A stretch of DNA of 61,245 nt, the filler included. It is 8 parts of 8 records of this genome, joined end to end, with 100 filler letters (N's around TTAATTAATTAA, not from the genome) between each part and the next. Parts side by side here need not be neighbours in the genome. Positions count along the whole stretch, not along the records: positions 35,301 to 45,166 come from SRR31147125_18927; positions 45,267 to 51,369 come from SRR31147125_18932; 6 more parts are not named here. One strand, given 5' to 3'. A program made the translations under genes and the position numbers. This document shows, in pieces, positions 41,689 to 51,469 of this stretch; the stretch's first letter is position 1, and the number at the start of each line of letters is the position of its first letter. The notes under the pieces are model-generated. The model was not told the DNA's origin. It was given only the letters and a program-made list of their open reading frames with translations, and ran no database searches.

Positions 41689-42340
41689 CTTCTTTTAGCG
41701 CATCCCTGCGAGCCTGATAAGCAATCAAACTTTGCGCCATATTGTGTATGCCATTATCAATAATTTGTCTTACTTGCTTTTTAGTGAATTTTAAAGCATA
41801 TTTGCGCTTCATCTTCATGTAAAAAGCGTTTATCTTATTTTCTTGAGTTTTTGAGTTCCTTGATGGTTTTTCGTAGTGCCTATATGCAAGCATTTTACAA
41901 AAAGAGCATTTGTTTTCTAACAAAAGCCCTTCTAACATAGTGGTAAATTCCCACCATAGCACACGGTCTTTATTCAAATCTACATTACGGTACGCTTTGA
42001 AACTGTCCCATATTAAACTATAATCCGCCATATAATCAAAATCCGGAAGACTATCATCTTCCTGTTCTTTATTTGGCTCTTTCGGTACTTGTTTTTCTTT
42101 GTTTTCTTCGTCAGATTCATCAACATATAAACGGTTATGTAACGCATCTATAATGTTAACCTTATCTACATCGTCAATAAATCCATCAAAAGAGGGAAAA
42201 TATCTTTGGAATATTTCCGATATAGACATTTCCCCGAACATGACGCAAAAAACATTATTAAAAGTTAATTCAGCTTTATACGGTTTGCCGTCAATAATTA
42301 CTAGATTGTAATCATTTATATTTAATGGTGTTACTTGCAT
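41666..42340 (-). CDS. Gp15-like phage tail assembly protein
   Basis: FDYMADYSLIWDSF...VDL....LWWEF..ML.GL. Confidence 0.8.
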   Translation of the reverse strand: MQVTPLNINDYNLVIIDGKPYKAELTFNNVFCVMFGEMSISEIFQRYFPSFDGFIDDVDKVNIIDALHNRLYVDESDEENKEKQVPKEPNKEQEDDSLPDFDYMADYSLIWDSFKAYRNVDLNKDRVLWWEFTTMLEGLLLENKCSFCKMLAYRHYEKPSRNSKTQENKINAFYMKMKRKYALKFTKKQVRQIIDNGIHNMAQSLIAYQARRDALKEGGEEHSK

Positions 42341-42659
42341 TTTTCACAGCCTTTGCGTTAAGCAGTTGAATAATATACCCGGCTAATTGCTGTTGGAATT
42401 CCCAAAAACCATAAGGACCTAAATCTCTTTTCACTTGAGTTATGCTGCTTTCGCCCTTAAATAATATTGTATTGAGTTTTGATTCCATTTCCTTTTGTTT
42501 CTTTTGACTTAGGCTGTCTACATCCAAATCTTTGAATCTAAAGAAAAAGTCAGCCTCTTCACTATCCAACGATAGTCTTATTATCTTCTTTTCTCCAGCT
42601 TTTGAATAATAGGCTATATCCTCATCTATGATTTTCTTTTGTGTACGGAATTCAAACAT
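42312..42659 (-). CDS. Putative tail assembly chaperone
   Basis: Position between the major tail and Gp15-like genes. Confidence 0.6.
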   Translation of the reverse strand: MFEFRTQKKIIDEDIAYYSKAGEKKIIRLSLDSEEADFFFRFKDLDVDSLSQKKQKEMESKLNTILFKGESSITQVKRDLGPYGFWEFQQQLAGYIIQLLNAKAVKNASNTIKYK

Positions 42660-42661
42660 AT

Positions 42662-43417
42662 CTATACCTCAAAATTAAGTGTTGTGCTATCAGAAATACC
42701 AGCGTAAGCATTGCCGCTCAAATCCTTAATAGCAGTACTATCAATGTTCACATAATAGCTCCCAGCAGGCAACACAGTACTGCGTGGTACTGTCACGTTA
42801 GTGCCATTAAATGTAGCAACATTAATGTTTCTAACATCGACAATACTGTCATCTGATGCGTCTTTGATTATCACATTGCCATATCCCGCAACAACATCTT
42901 CACTGAATACAAATAATAGGTCCGTATCTCCTGTAATACCTGTATCACCGTCAGCCGGTGTGCTGCTGGATAATGTTGGTGCCACTTCGTCAAGGTCATC
43001 TATGTTCATATCACCGTAGGGTTTTAATCCTATAGATATTTCTGTAACTGTAGTCAATTCAGGTGAGAAACTATCATCTATTATCGTGAATAGACCTGTT
43101 ATTACCTTGCCAAGTAGCCTGTCTACAATGCGGCAGTCAACAACTGCTTCTTCAAGTACAGCCATTCTTTTAGAAAGGATTAATTGAAGTGCAGCATTTG
43201 TTCTCTCACCTTTCAATGTCAATGCGTATTCTGGATCCATACCTGTTTTAACCGATTTTGAAGTGGTAGAATCTATCGTATAAAAAGTATCTACCTCTGG
43301 ATTAGTATTATCATCATATCCAGTAATCAACTCTTTAAGGTCCGTGTATACCTTATTAGTCTCTGTTCCGGTGTTTATACCGAATTCATTACCGTATCCT
43401 GTTACAAATTTAAGCAT
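42662..43417 (-). CDS. Major tail protein with C-terminal Ig-like (Big_5-type) domain
   Basis: N-terminal tube-like domain; APTLSSSTPADG...FSEDV...IKDLSGN. Confidence 0.75.
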   Translation of the reverse strand: MLKFVTGYGNEFGINTGTETNKVYTDLKELITGYDDNTNPEVDTFYTIDSTTSKSVKTGMDPEYALTLKGERTNAALQLILSKRMAVLEEAVVDCRIVDRLLGKVITGLFTIIDDSFSPELTTVTEISIGLKPYGDMNIDDLDEVAPTLSSSTPADGDTGITGDTDLLFVFSEDVVAGYGNVIIKDASDDSIVDVRNINVATFNGTNVTVPRSTVLPAGSYYVNIDSTAIKDLSGNAYAGISDSTTLNFEV

Positions 43418-43418
43418 A

Positions 43419-43799
43419 TTAACTCCTTGTGTATGTCGCTTTTCCTGTTAACGAAAAAACGTGTCTAAGTTTCTCATCAAATCCTAAATATTTAGGTTCT
43501 GCTACTGTCATACCGTTAAGAAAACCACCATCATAATCTTGAGGTGGTACAAATTTAACGCTTTCATATACATTGTCTACCAATGCTCTTGTAGCTTGGT
43601 TATTATCTGTTCCCCTAATCGTTATTGTCACCTCTGCTTCGTTGTACATTACATTTCCATCCATTCCGTAGACTGGTTTAGGTTTTACATCAACTTTTCC
43701 GCAGTTTTCATATTCTGTTGAAAATTTATTTGATGTTACCTTGGTTAAATCCGTAGTAATGGAAAGAAAAGACATAAAAAACTTAGTAAAATAGTCCAT
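43419..43799 (-). CDS. Phage tail terminator/minor capsid-type protein
   Basis: PKYLGFDEKLRHVFS motif and synteny. Confidence 0.65.
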   Translation of the reverse strand: MDYFTKFFMSFLSITTDLTKVTSNKFSTEYENCGKVDVKPKPVYGMDGNVMYNEAEVTITIRGTDNNQATRALVDNVYESVKFVPPQDYDGGFLNGMTVAEPKYLGFDEKLRHVFSLTGKATYTRS

Positions 43800-43802
43800 T
43801 CA

Positions 43803-44177
43803 TTACTCCTTATGATATTTATTAGCGATTTTTTCGATAATTTTTATCCACGACTTTTGATAGTCTCTTACCGTCGGCTCCCACCATTCCTTTTTTGCTG
43901 TAGGATGTGTAGGGTTAGGGGTTCCCCCTTCATGATATCGCCTTTCAACATATGGTGTAGATTCACGCACGATGCCTTTTTTAAACTCTGAAAAGATTAG
44001 GGCAGAATTATACATCGTTCCTGAATTTGTATAAGGATTCGCCGGGTCACTTATATACGTGTACTCCTCACTATCTTCCCAAGCTTTCAAAGAGATTCGC
44101 TCATGAACCTCTTCCTGTATCTCTAAGTTTTGTTTCTTTAACCAAGCCAAAGCAGCTTCATAACTACCAAATCTCAT
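43803..44177 (-). CDS. Phage neck (minor capsid 2-like) protein
   Basis: SGTMYNS, TPYVERRYH and HPTAKKEWWE. Confidence 0.7.
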   Translation of the reverse strand: MRFGSYEAALAWLKKQNLEIQEEVHERISLKAWEDSEEYTYISDPANPYTNSGTMYNSALIFSEFKKGIVRESTPYVERRYHEGGTPNPTHPTAKKEWWEPTVRDYQKSWIKIIEKIANKYHKE

Positions 44178-44506
44178 TACTGCAAAGTCACTTCCTGTTG
44201 CCTATTACCCAACTTAGCAACATTTATCACCGTATACCAATTATCATTAATTTTTACTTTATCTTTTTCTTTGAACTTAATATTAGATGGAATGCTCTTA
44301 GTTTCACTATATATCATCCATGATAAACCTTTTACCGTATTCCCTTTATCTCCGTAAACAAGTTGAGTTTGCTCTTCAAAATATACTCGTTTAACCTTAA
44401 CAGCATCATTGTAGTCACCATCTTCACCAAGTTCTTTGTTCCATCCGCAATATTGAACAGTATTCGTTAATAAGAATGTAGGAATATTTGGAATACCAAT
44501 AGTCAT
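44177..44506 (-). CDS. Phage head-closure (minor capsid 1-like) protein
   Basis: Size, synteny and a beta-rich sequence. Confidence 0.65.
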   Translation of the reverse strand: MTIGIPNIPTFLLTNTVQYCGWNKELGEDGDYNDAVKVKRVYFEEQTQLVYGDKGNTVKGLSWMIYSETKSIPSNIKFKEKDKVKINDNWYTVINVAKLGNRQQEVTLQ

Positions 44507-45030
44507 CTTATATCAAAGCCCCCACTCACATATTGTTCTAACTTTAATGCTGCCCTGCTACTCTTTAAATATTGTCCTGCCTCTTGAGAATATGGACTAT
44601 ATCCATAACTTGCCGACTGGCTTTTCATTGAATAGCTTTGCAGCCCGCTACGAATACGCTCGTAATTTTCTGTGTCGGTAGAAGGCTCTGCTAGTTCCAA
44701 AGCTTCCTCTATCTGTGCCTCTTTTACACTGTCGGGTACATCTATTTCACAGTGATATCCTGAGTTTTCTATTTCGTACCACTCTAAAGGAAGAAAATAA
44801 GCATTTTTATAACATCGAGGAAAGGACAGCGTTTGTTCACTGTCCTTTTTACTGCCTAGTAACGGCATATTTTCAATAGAACATGTTGCGTTTCGCAAAA
44901 CAATCTCTTTGTCATCTTCCTCCAGAGTTCCCCATGCTGTCCTCCGTGCATCAGTAGACATATAATGATTAGATATGTATGTATCAGCCTCGACTACTGT
45001 TACATAGCTGTCTTTGCCTACTGTTAACAT
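44503..45030 (-). CDS. Phage head-tail adaptor (DnaT-like family)
   Basis: DSYVTVVEADTY, QTLSFPR and VPDSVKEAQIE. Confidence 0.8.
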   Translation of the reverse strand: MLTVGKDSYVTVVEADTYISNHYMSTDARRTAWGTLEEDDKEIVLRNATCSIENMPLLGSKKDSEQTLSFPRCYKNAYFLPLEWYEIENSGYHCEIDVPDSVKEAQIEEALELAEPSTDTENYERIRSGLQSYSMKSQSASYGYSPYSQEAGQYLKSSRAALKLEQYVSGGFDIR

Positions 45031-45165
45031 CTAATCACCGTCCTCGTTATCAGGAGTTTTGGATGACTTTGCATCTTCAATCATTTTCTCAAGCTTTTTG
45101 TTGGTTGTCTTATCCGTGTATTCAAGGTTAAGTTCATCTGCTTGTGCAGTCAACTTTTCTCTTTC
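45031..45165 (-). CDS. Small phage protein, HeH-like C-terminus (5' truncated)
   Basis: Manual translation EREKLTAQADELNLEYTDKTTNKKLEKMIEDAK...; the stop abuts the next ATG. Confidence 0.6.
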   Translation of the reverse strand, partial: EREKLTAQADELNLEYTDKTTNKKLEKMIEDAKSSKTPDNEDGD

Positions 45166-45166
45166 A

Positions 45167-45266
45167 NNNNNNNNNNNNNNNNNNNNNNNNNNNNNNNNNN
45201 NNNNNNNNNNTTAATTAATTAANNNNNNNNNNNNNNNNNNNNNNNNNNNNNNNNNNNNNNNNNNNN
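45167..45266. other. Artificial contig spacer
   Basis: N44-TTAATTAATTAA-N44. Confidence 0.99.
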
Positions 45267-45267
45267 A

Positions 45268-45828
45268 AATGAATTTTCAGTTAATCAAAGTAAATTTGAA
45301 AAAGTATGTAAAATTATTACTAAAAAAAATGAATTTTTTGTTGCTAAAACAGACTCTGTAATAAAAAAATTAATTTCAGAGATTATAGAAGCTTATGAAA
45401 TGAAAAATGATAATATTATTCGTCTGAGGGCATATGAACTCTTCTTGTATGAAATGAATAGTATTGAAAAGAAAATAAGTAATCGAAGAGAGTATTTTTC
45501 CAGATCAACAATTGAAAAGATAGATCAAATTAAGAGATATATCGATGAGAATTTAGATCAGAAATTATCTATTGCTAATTTGTGCGAGAGGTTTGAGATT
45601 AGTAGGGATTTATTAAAAAGATGCTTTAAACATACGTATGGAAATGCAGTTTATTCATATATAAAAGAGGAGAGACTTAAGTTAGGTAGAGAACTATTAC
45701 ATAATGAGAATATAAAAATTATTGAAATCGCCCTTAGCTGTGGTTATGAAAATCATCATAGTTTCTCAAAAGCATTTAAAAAATACTATTCTCTAAGTCC
45801 TAGAGAAGTAAGAAGAAATAGCGGTTAA
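45268..45828 (+). CDS. AraC family regulator (5' truncated)
   Basis: Frame open from the contig edge; IALSCGYENHHSFSKAFKKYYSLSP. Confidence 0.92.
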   Translation, partial: NEFSVNQSKFEKVCKIITKKNEFFVAKTDSVIKKLISEIIEAYEMKNDNIIRLRAYELFLYEMNSIEKKISNRREYFSRSTIEKIDQIKRYIDENLDQKLSIANLCERFEISRDLLKRCFKHTYGNAVYSYIKEERLKLGRELLHNENIKIIEIALSCGYENHHSFSKAFKKYYSLSPREVRRNSG

Positions 45829-45835
45829 AATATTT

Positions 45836-45890
45836 AAAATAAGCAATTAGAGATATTTGTATAAAAAATATCTCCAATTGCTTATTTTTT
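45836..45890 (+). terminator. Rho-independent terminator
   Basis: AAAATAAGCAATT.GAGATATTT/AAATATCTC.AATTGCTTATTTT. Confidence 0.75.
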
Positions 45891-46177
45891 ATTTCCTGAT
45901 ATCCTAAAGTTATATTTTCTAATGTAAACTCTCATTTAAATTAATAAAATAATTCGAATGTTAAATTTTCAAGAGTATAGCAGAGAGAATAGTAAAATCA
46001 AATAAAATAATTAGAATTCTATATAGAAATATTTGACAATCAAAACAATTCTCGGAATGGACACTTTTTCAGCTTTTTGCGTAAGAAAAAAAGCTATATT
46101 TTTATTAAAATATATAATAAAGGTTTGGATGAATGGCATAAAACTTTAGTAATTTTAATAGAAAAAAGGAGATCAAA

Positions 46178-48568
46178 ATGAGGATAACGGAGATTAATAG
46201 GTTTTTCAGAAAAGTTGGAGAATATCAGCTTAAGTACAGGTGGTTTTTTCTAATATTCGCACTTTTACTATTGTTGGTTGGAATGAAAGGAATGAAAAAA
46301 GTTAATGTGGTTAGTTCTAATGATCAGTGGTTTAATAATACAGAAGCGATAGAAATAGCTACTAAAAAATTTGAAGATCAATTTGGGAATAATGAATCAA
46401 TTGCACTGCTTATTGAAGCTGACAATGTATTTCACCCTAAAGTTTTGAAAATGATAGAAGAGATAGGAGATGAGCTCCTTGAGAAAGTTCCATATTCTGA
46501 TGAGATTACATCCCTTACGGAGATTGAGATCTCTGTTGGAACAGAGGAAGGAATAGAAGTTATTAATCCATTTGAAGATGGTATACCTGAAGATCTGGAA
46601 GAACTGAAGGAGATAGAGGAGTTAGTTTTATCCAGAAAATCAATTAAAAACAAAATAGTATCAAGTGATGCAAAAGAAACATGGTTAATCCTCTCATTAA
46701 TGGAATATCCTGAGAGAGAAGAATGGGAGAAATCAGGGGAAACTCAACCGATGTTTTTAGATGGTGAAGCTGCTATAGCGGTGGTGACTGACAAAAAATG
46801 GAAAAGTGATCTTTACACTATAAAAGCTGTAGGAATGCCATATACAGAAACTGAAGAGAGAGATTATTTTGGTAAAGAAGCAAAACTTCGTGTTATGTCA
46901 GGTTTTGTGGTTATGATAGTGTTGTTAATTATATTTTTAAGGTCATTAAGAGGAGTACTTGTCCCTACATTTACAACGATATCAGGTATAATTGTTGTTT
47001 TTGGTTTTATGGGTTGGTTAAATATAGCAATTGACTCTAACTTTATGACTCTACCTGTTCTACTGGGAATGGCTCTGTCGGTAGGTTACTCAATACATCT
47101 GGTTAATTCATTTAAAAATCATTTTAGAGTTCATGGCAAAAGGAAAGAAGCTTGTATTCATGCAGTTGAAGAAACAGGTTGGCCGATTTTCTTTACTGCT
47201 GTAACAACAATTGGTTCTGTAATGTCATTTGCAGCAGCAGGAATCATCCCTATAACCTGGCTTGGATTTACTTGTGCAGCAGTTGTATTCACTGACTATA
47301 TATTTATAGCTCTTCTTATACCGATACTAATGAGTTTCGGTAAAGATAAAAAAGATAGTATTAAAGTTAAAAATGAAAGAACAGTTCTTGATTCTTTAAT
47401 GGAAAAATTAGGAAGAGTAATATTAAAACAGAAAAAAATACTGTTGGTTGCTTTCATGATACTAACAATAGTTTTACTGCCGGGAATATCCAAAATCTCA
47501 GTTAATATGGATATGTTTAAATTTATGGGTTTAAAGATACCTTATGTTGCTCGAATACATTCTATAGTAAACTCACAGTTAGGTTCATACATTTCATACA
47601 ATGTTGTAGTAGATTTTGAAAAGGAAAATGCAATTAAGGATGTTGAAGTGTTAAAGAATTTTGAAGAACTGATGGGGATTGTTGCGGAGTTTGATTTAAC
47701 TAAAAAAAATGAAGGGGTTCCCAAAATATTTTCTGTACTAGATATCATAAAAGATATGAATCAGTCAATAAATGAGGATAAAAAAGAGTACTATGAGATA
47801 CCGGAAGAGAATGATCTGATAGCACAGCTTTTATTTCTATACGAAATTTCCGGTGGTACGAAAACTTTGGAATGGGTAGACGAAGATTACTCTATGCTTA
47901 GAGCAAGGGTAGAGCTTTGGAAATTTGAAGCAAATGGAATTAGTGAAGAATTGAATAGTGTGTTGGAAAATGGAAAGAGATTATTTCCAAATGCAAAAGT
48001 TGAGATAATTGGTTCAGCTGTAAAATTTGCTGAGATAAACAATAAAATAGTTTTTGGTGAATTAAAATCATTTTTAACTGCACTGATTGTAATAGGAATA
48101 CTTCTAATGATTGTTTTCTCTAGTGTAAAAACAGGTCTTATTGGAATGATACCAAACCTGACGCCTTTAGTTGTAATAGGCGGGTATATGGGGTATACGA
48201 ATACACATCTTGATATGATGAGTATGACAATTATACCTATGCTTCTGGGGATCGCTGTAGATGATACTATACATTTTATCACACATATCAAATATGAGTA
48301 TGAGAGTCACCTGGATTATACAGAAGCAATAATCAAATCATTTAGGGTAGTAGGAAAAACACTTTGTATGACTACAATCATCCTTGCAGCTACATTTGGA
48401 ATGTATATGTTCTCGCCAATTGCTGTATTTTTTAGAGTAGGATTATTGGCTTCACTTGGTCTTACAAGTGCACTTGTAGCAGATTTCATTGTAACACCTA
48501 TATTGATTTTTTATACTAAACCATTTGGTAGAAGGGAGAAAGAGATATGTCAAGAAGTAAAAAATTAA
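46178..48568 (+). CDS. MMPL/RND family transporter
   Basis: Two-repeat RND topology; GIAVDDTIHF and PNLTP. Confidence 0.92.
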   Translation: MRITEINRFFRKVGEYQLKYRWFFLIFALLLLLVGMKGMKKVNVVSSNDQWFNNTEAIEIATKKFEDQFGNNESIALLIEADNVFHPKVLKMIEEIGDELLEKVPYSDEITSLTEIEISVGTEEGIEVINPFEDGIPEDLEELKEIEELVLSRKSIKNKIVSSDAKETWLILSLMEYPEREEWEKSGETQPMFLDGEAAIAVVTDKKWKSDLYTIKAVGMPYTETEERDYFGKEAKLRVMSGFVVMIVLLIIFLRSLRGVLVPTFTTISGIIVVFGFMGWLNIAIDSNFMTLPVLLGMALSVGYSIHLVNSFKNHFRVHGKRKEACIHAVEETGWPIFFTAVTTIGSVMSFAAAGIIPITWLGFTCAAVVFTDYIFIALLIPILMSFGKDKKDSIKVKNERTVLDSLMEKLGRVILKQKKILLVAFMILTIVLLPGISKISVNMDMFKFMGLKIPYVARIHSIVNSQLGSYISYNVVVDFEKENAIKDVEVLKNFEELMGIVAEFDLTKKNEGVPKIFSVLDIIKDMNQSINEDKKEYYEIPEENDLIAQLLFLYEISGGTKTLEWVDEDYSMLRARVELWKFEANGISEELNSVLENGKRLFPNAKVEIIGSAVKFAEINNKIVFGELKSFLTALIVIGILLMIVFSSVKTGLIGMIPNLTPLVVIGGYMGYTNTHLDMMSMTIIPMLLGIAVDDTIHFITHIKYEYESHLDYTEAIIKSFRVVGKTLCMTTIILAATFGMYMFSPIAVFFRVGLLASLGLTSALVADFIVTPILIFYTKPFGRREKEICQEVKN

Positions 48569-49323
48569 TAATACTGAGTTTAGTGTTGATCTCTGCGTAT
48601 GCCTATGCCGGCAATATTACAGGGAAAGAGATAATGCAAAGAGTTGATAACAGAGAAAGCGGATATGATAGTAAAGGGAATACGATAATTAAACTGATAA
48701 ATAAAAAGGGAAAAGAGAGAATAAGAAAAGTTATATCATATACAAAAGAGTATGGAGAGGATGAGAAAAGTATAATGTATTTTACTTATCCAAAAGATGT
48801 AAAAGGAGTCGGTTTCTTAAGTTATTCCTATGATGATTCCGATAAAGATGATTCGAAATGGCTATATATGCCTGCGATGAAAAAAGTAAGAAGAATATCA
48901 GGATCAGCAAAAAATGATTACTTTATGGGGACGGATTTTACATATGATGATATGGGAGATAGGTCTGTAGACGACGATATACATACTCTACTTAGGGAAG
49001 AGGAGTTAGATGGTAATAGGTGCTGGGTAGTTCAGTCAATTCCAAAAGATAAAAAAGATATGTATTCTAAAAAAATTGTTTGGGTTAGACAGGATATTAA
49101 TATGACTGTAAAAGTAGATTATTATGACAGAAAAAAGAAACACTTGAAAACACTTGTAGTATCTGAGATTAAGAAGAAAGATAATATCTGGACAGCGTAT
49201 AAACTGGAGATGAAAAATTTACAGAAAAAACATACGTCAATTATTGAAATAGCAGATGTTAGTTATAATCTGGGAATAAAAGATTCAAAGTTTAGAGTAT
49301 CCAGCCTTGAAAGAGGGATTTAA
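48547..49323 (+). CDS. LolA-like outer-membrane lipoprotein-sorting protein
   Basis: Signal peptide; P.DVKGVGFL, WLYMPAMKKVRRI and FMGTDFTYDD. Confidence 0.9.
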   Translation: MSRSKKLIILSLVLISAYAYAGNITGKEIMQRVDNRESGYDSKGNTIIKLINKKGKERIRKVISYTKEYGEDEKSIMYFTYPKDVKGVGFLSYSYDDSDKDDSKWLYMPAMKKVRRISGSAKNDYFMGTDFTYDDMGDRSVDDDIHTLLREEELDGNRCWVVQSIPKDKKDMYSKKIVWVRQDINMTVKVDYYDRKKKHLKTLVVSEIKKKDNIWTAYKLEMKNLQKKHTSIIEIADVSYNLGIKDSKFRVSSLERGI

Positions 49324-49325
49324 AG

Positions 49326-50693
49326 ATGGATAGAGAATTCATTCTAAAAATAGTTAAAAGAAAGTTATTATTTTTAGTTGCTGTTTTACTTGTAACACTA
49401 GTGGCAATAGTTTACGGAGAAGAGCTGGAAGTTAGCGGTTTTGCAGATACCTTTCATGCGTATAAAACGAGTGGTTCCGGAGACTTGATAACATCTAAAA
49501 CAAGACTTCGTTTAGAGGGAAATATAGATAATGAAGATAGTTTGGTTTTCTTTTCACTTAATGCACAGGAAAATAATGTAATAGAGGAACAAAATGAAAT
49601 TGAACTAAATGAAGTTTATTATGATTATTATTCTGATGTTTTTAATTTGAGAATGGGTAAACAGATAGTTGTTTGGGGGAAATCAGACGGAATTGATATA
49701 ACGAATATCATATCACCAAAAGATTATGAAGAGCAGTTGGGAGTGGAGTATGATGATACCAAAATGGCAGTAGATGCTTTTAAAATTACTGTGCCAAAAG
49801 ACAGCTATACTTTAGAAGGGATTTGGATCCCTGCGTATAAAGTACCTGAATACCCTGATTCAGATAACCCCTGGTATTCCAAAGCAAACACTCTGTCTGA
49901 TAGTGTGAAAATAGGTAGTGATACTCTAAATGTAACTGAAAATTATAGTTATGAGGATGTAGAGGACTCATTTTCTGATAGTGAGATAGGATTTAGATTG
50001 TCAGCTTATCTGCCATTAATAGATTTTTCAGTATCAGCTTTTTATGGTTATAATGATGACCGATATATTGAGCGAAACATAGATGTATCGTCAGATGAAG
50101 TAAATATTGATTCTGAGGTGAAATATTATAAGACTTTTATGCTTGGCTTTGATATAGCTATGCCAGTAAGTAGTTTTGTATTTAGAGTAGAATCAGCATA
50201 TTTTAATGATATTTATTTTAGTAAAGATTTGGAATCAATAACATCATTGTCAGGTAAAAGTGTATCTGACTTATCTGTTGCTGATATAAACCAGATAGAG
50301 GAGGAGTTAAATCCGGTAAAAAGTGATGAACTCAAATTTTTACTTGGTATGGACTGGAGTCCGGGAAATGATTGGAGTTTAACTTTTCAAATAGCTGATT
50401 CAACAGTAATGGATTATGAAGATAGCTTAGACAGGGAGGATAATGAAGTTAAATTAACATGCAGGGTATCCAAAACTCTGCTTAGAGAGTTGGTTGAGAT
50501 TGCGGATATGACCTATTATGATGTGAATGGCGGAGATAGTTATAATAGATTTAACATTGATTATTCATTAAGTGACTCATTACTTGTGTCAGTGGGAAGT
50601 GATGCATTTATTGTAAATAATGATAATAAAGGAAATTTTGAAACTTATGAAGATAATACTTGTGTTTGGCTAAAAGGAAAATATGATTTTTAA
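49326..50693 (+). CDS. Putative outer-membrane beta-barrel (DUF1302-like)
   Basis: Signal peptide; LRMGKQIVVWGKSDG and C-terminal KYDF; usual partner of MMPL and LolA-like genes. Confidence 0.75.
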   Translation: MDREFILKIVKRKLLFLVAVLLVTLVAIVYGEELEVSGFADTFHAYKTSGSGDLITSKTRLRLEGNIDNEDSLVFFSLNAQENNVIEEQNEIELNEVYYDYYSDVFNLRMGKQIVVWGKSDGIDITNIISPKDYEEQLGVEYDDTKMAVDAFKITVPKDSYTLEGIWIPAYKVPEYPDSDNPWYSKANTLSDSVKIGSDTLNVTENYSYEDVEDSFSDSEIGFRLSAYLPLIDFSVSAFYGYNDDRYIERNIDVSSDEVNIDSEVKYYKTFMLGFDIAMPVSSFVFRVESAYFNDIYFSKDLESITSLSGKSVSDLSVADINQIEEELNPVKSDELKFLLGMDWSPGNDWSLTFQIADSTVMDYEDSLDREDNEVKLTCRVSKTLLRELVEIADMTYYDVNGGDSYNRFNIDYSLSDSLLVSVGSDAFIVNNDNKGNFETYEDNTCVWLKGKYDF

Positions 50694-50804
50694 ATTTCTA
50701 GAAATTTTAATGAAGATTGAATAACGGCACAAAGCACTGGTAATTCTATTACGCTTGTGCGAATAATTTACTCTTCATTAATAAATAAAGTTCAAAACTT
50801 TAAT

Positions 50805-50849
50805 AATAAGCTTTATATGATAACTATAATCATGTAAAGCTTATTTTTT
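50805..50849 (+). terminator. Rho-independent terminator
   Basis: AATAAGCTTTATATGAT...ATCATGTAAAGCTTATT followed by a T-run. Confidence 0.7.
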
Positions 50850-51022
50850 AATCTTTCGCCAGGAGAAATAATTTCAATACTTTGAGAAGGAATTTTGAAT
50901 TAAAATGGAAATATATATATATGTATATATTTTTTTAGAGCTTTCTACAGATCATTTTGATTTAATATTATGAATAAATAGAAAGCCTAAATAACTCAGG
51001 AAATAGAAGGCTGTGTGATAAG

Positions 51023-51369
51023 ATGAAAAGAAAAATGATTAATCTCATATTTTTAATTTTAAGTATTATCTTTTTTTCTATAAAAATTAGTGCAAAAGAG
51101 AAGTTATCTGTACTGTTTATAAGTTCATATAGTCCTAACTTTCCAACATTTATTGAACATTATAAAGGAATAAATGAGGTATTTGATTCTCAAAAGTTTC
51201 AAATACATATGGAGTATTTAGATACAAAAGAGTATCCAACAGGAGAAATAAGGGGAAAAATTGAAGAAATTCTGTTAATGAAATTAAATAAAAACTTCAA
51301 TTATGATACAGTAATAACAGCAGATGATAATGCCTTACATTTTATTGAAAAATATTATAGTGATTTTTT
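51023..51369 (+). CDS. Periplasmic sensor domain of a signalling protein (3' truncated)
   Basis: Signal peptide; VLFISSY, EYLDTK and DDNAL, typical of ABC-SBP-like sensor domains of kinases and cyclases. Confidence 0.7.
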
Positions 51370-51469
51370 NNNNNNNNNNNNNNNNNNNNNNNNNNNNNNN
51401 NNNNNNNNNNNNNTTAATTAATTAANNNNNNNNNNNNNNNNNNNNNNNNNNNNNNNNNNNNNNNNNNNN
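51370..51469. other. Artificial contig spacer
   Basis: N44-TTAATTAATTAA-N44. Confidence 0.99.

Larger units (their letters stand above)
35301..45166 (-). mobile_element. Siphovirus-type (pro)phage neck-tail-lysis region of a Firmicute
   Basis: Gene order: head-tail adaptor, three neck proteins, major tail, chaperones, tape measure, distal tail, baseplate, fibre, holin-like. Confidence 0.93.

Noticed and set aside
42312-42340. Programmed -1 frameshift between tail chaperone genes
   Set aside because: The downstream gene is in the +1 frame, has its own ATG, and there is no X XXY YYZ slippery site.
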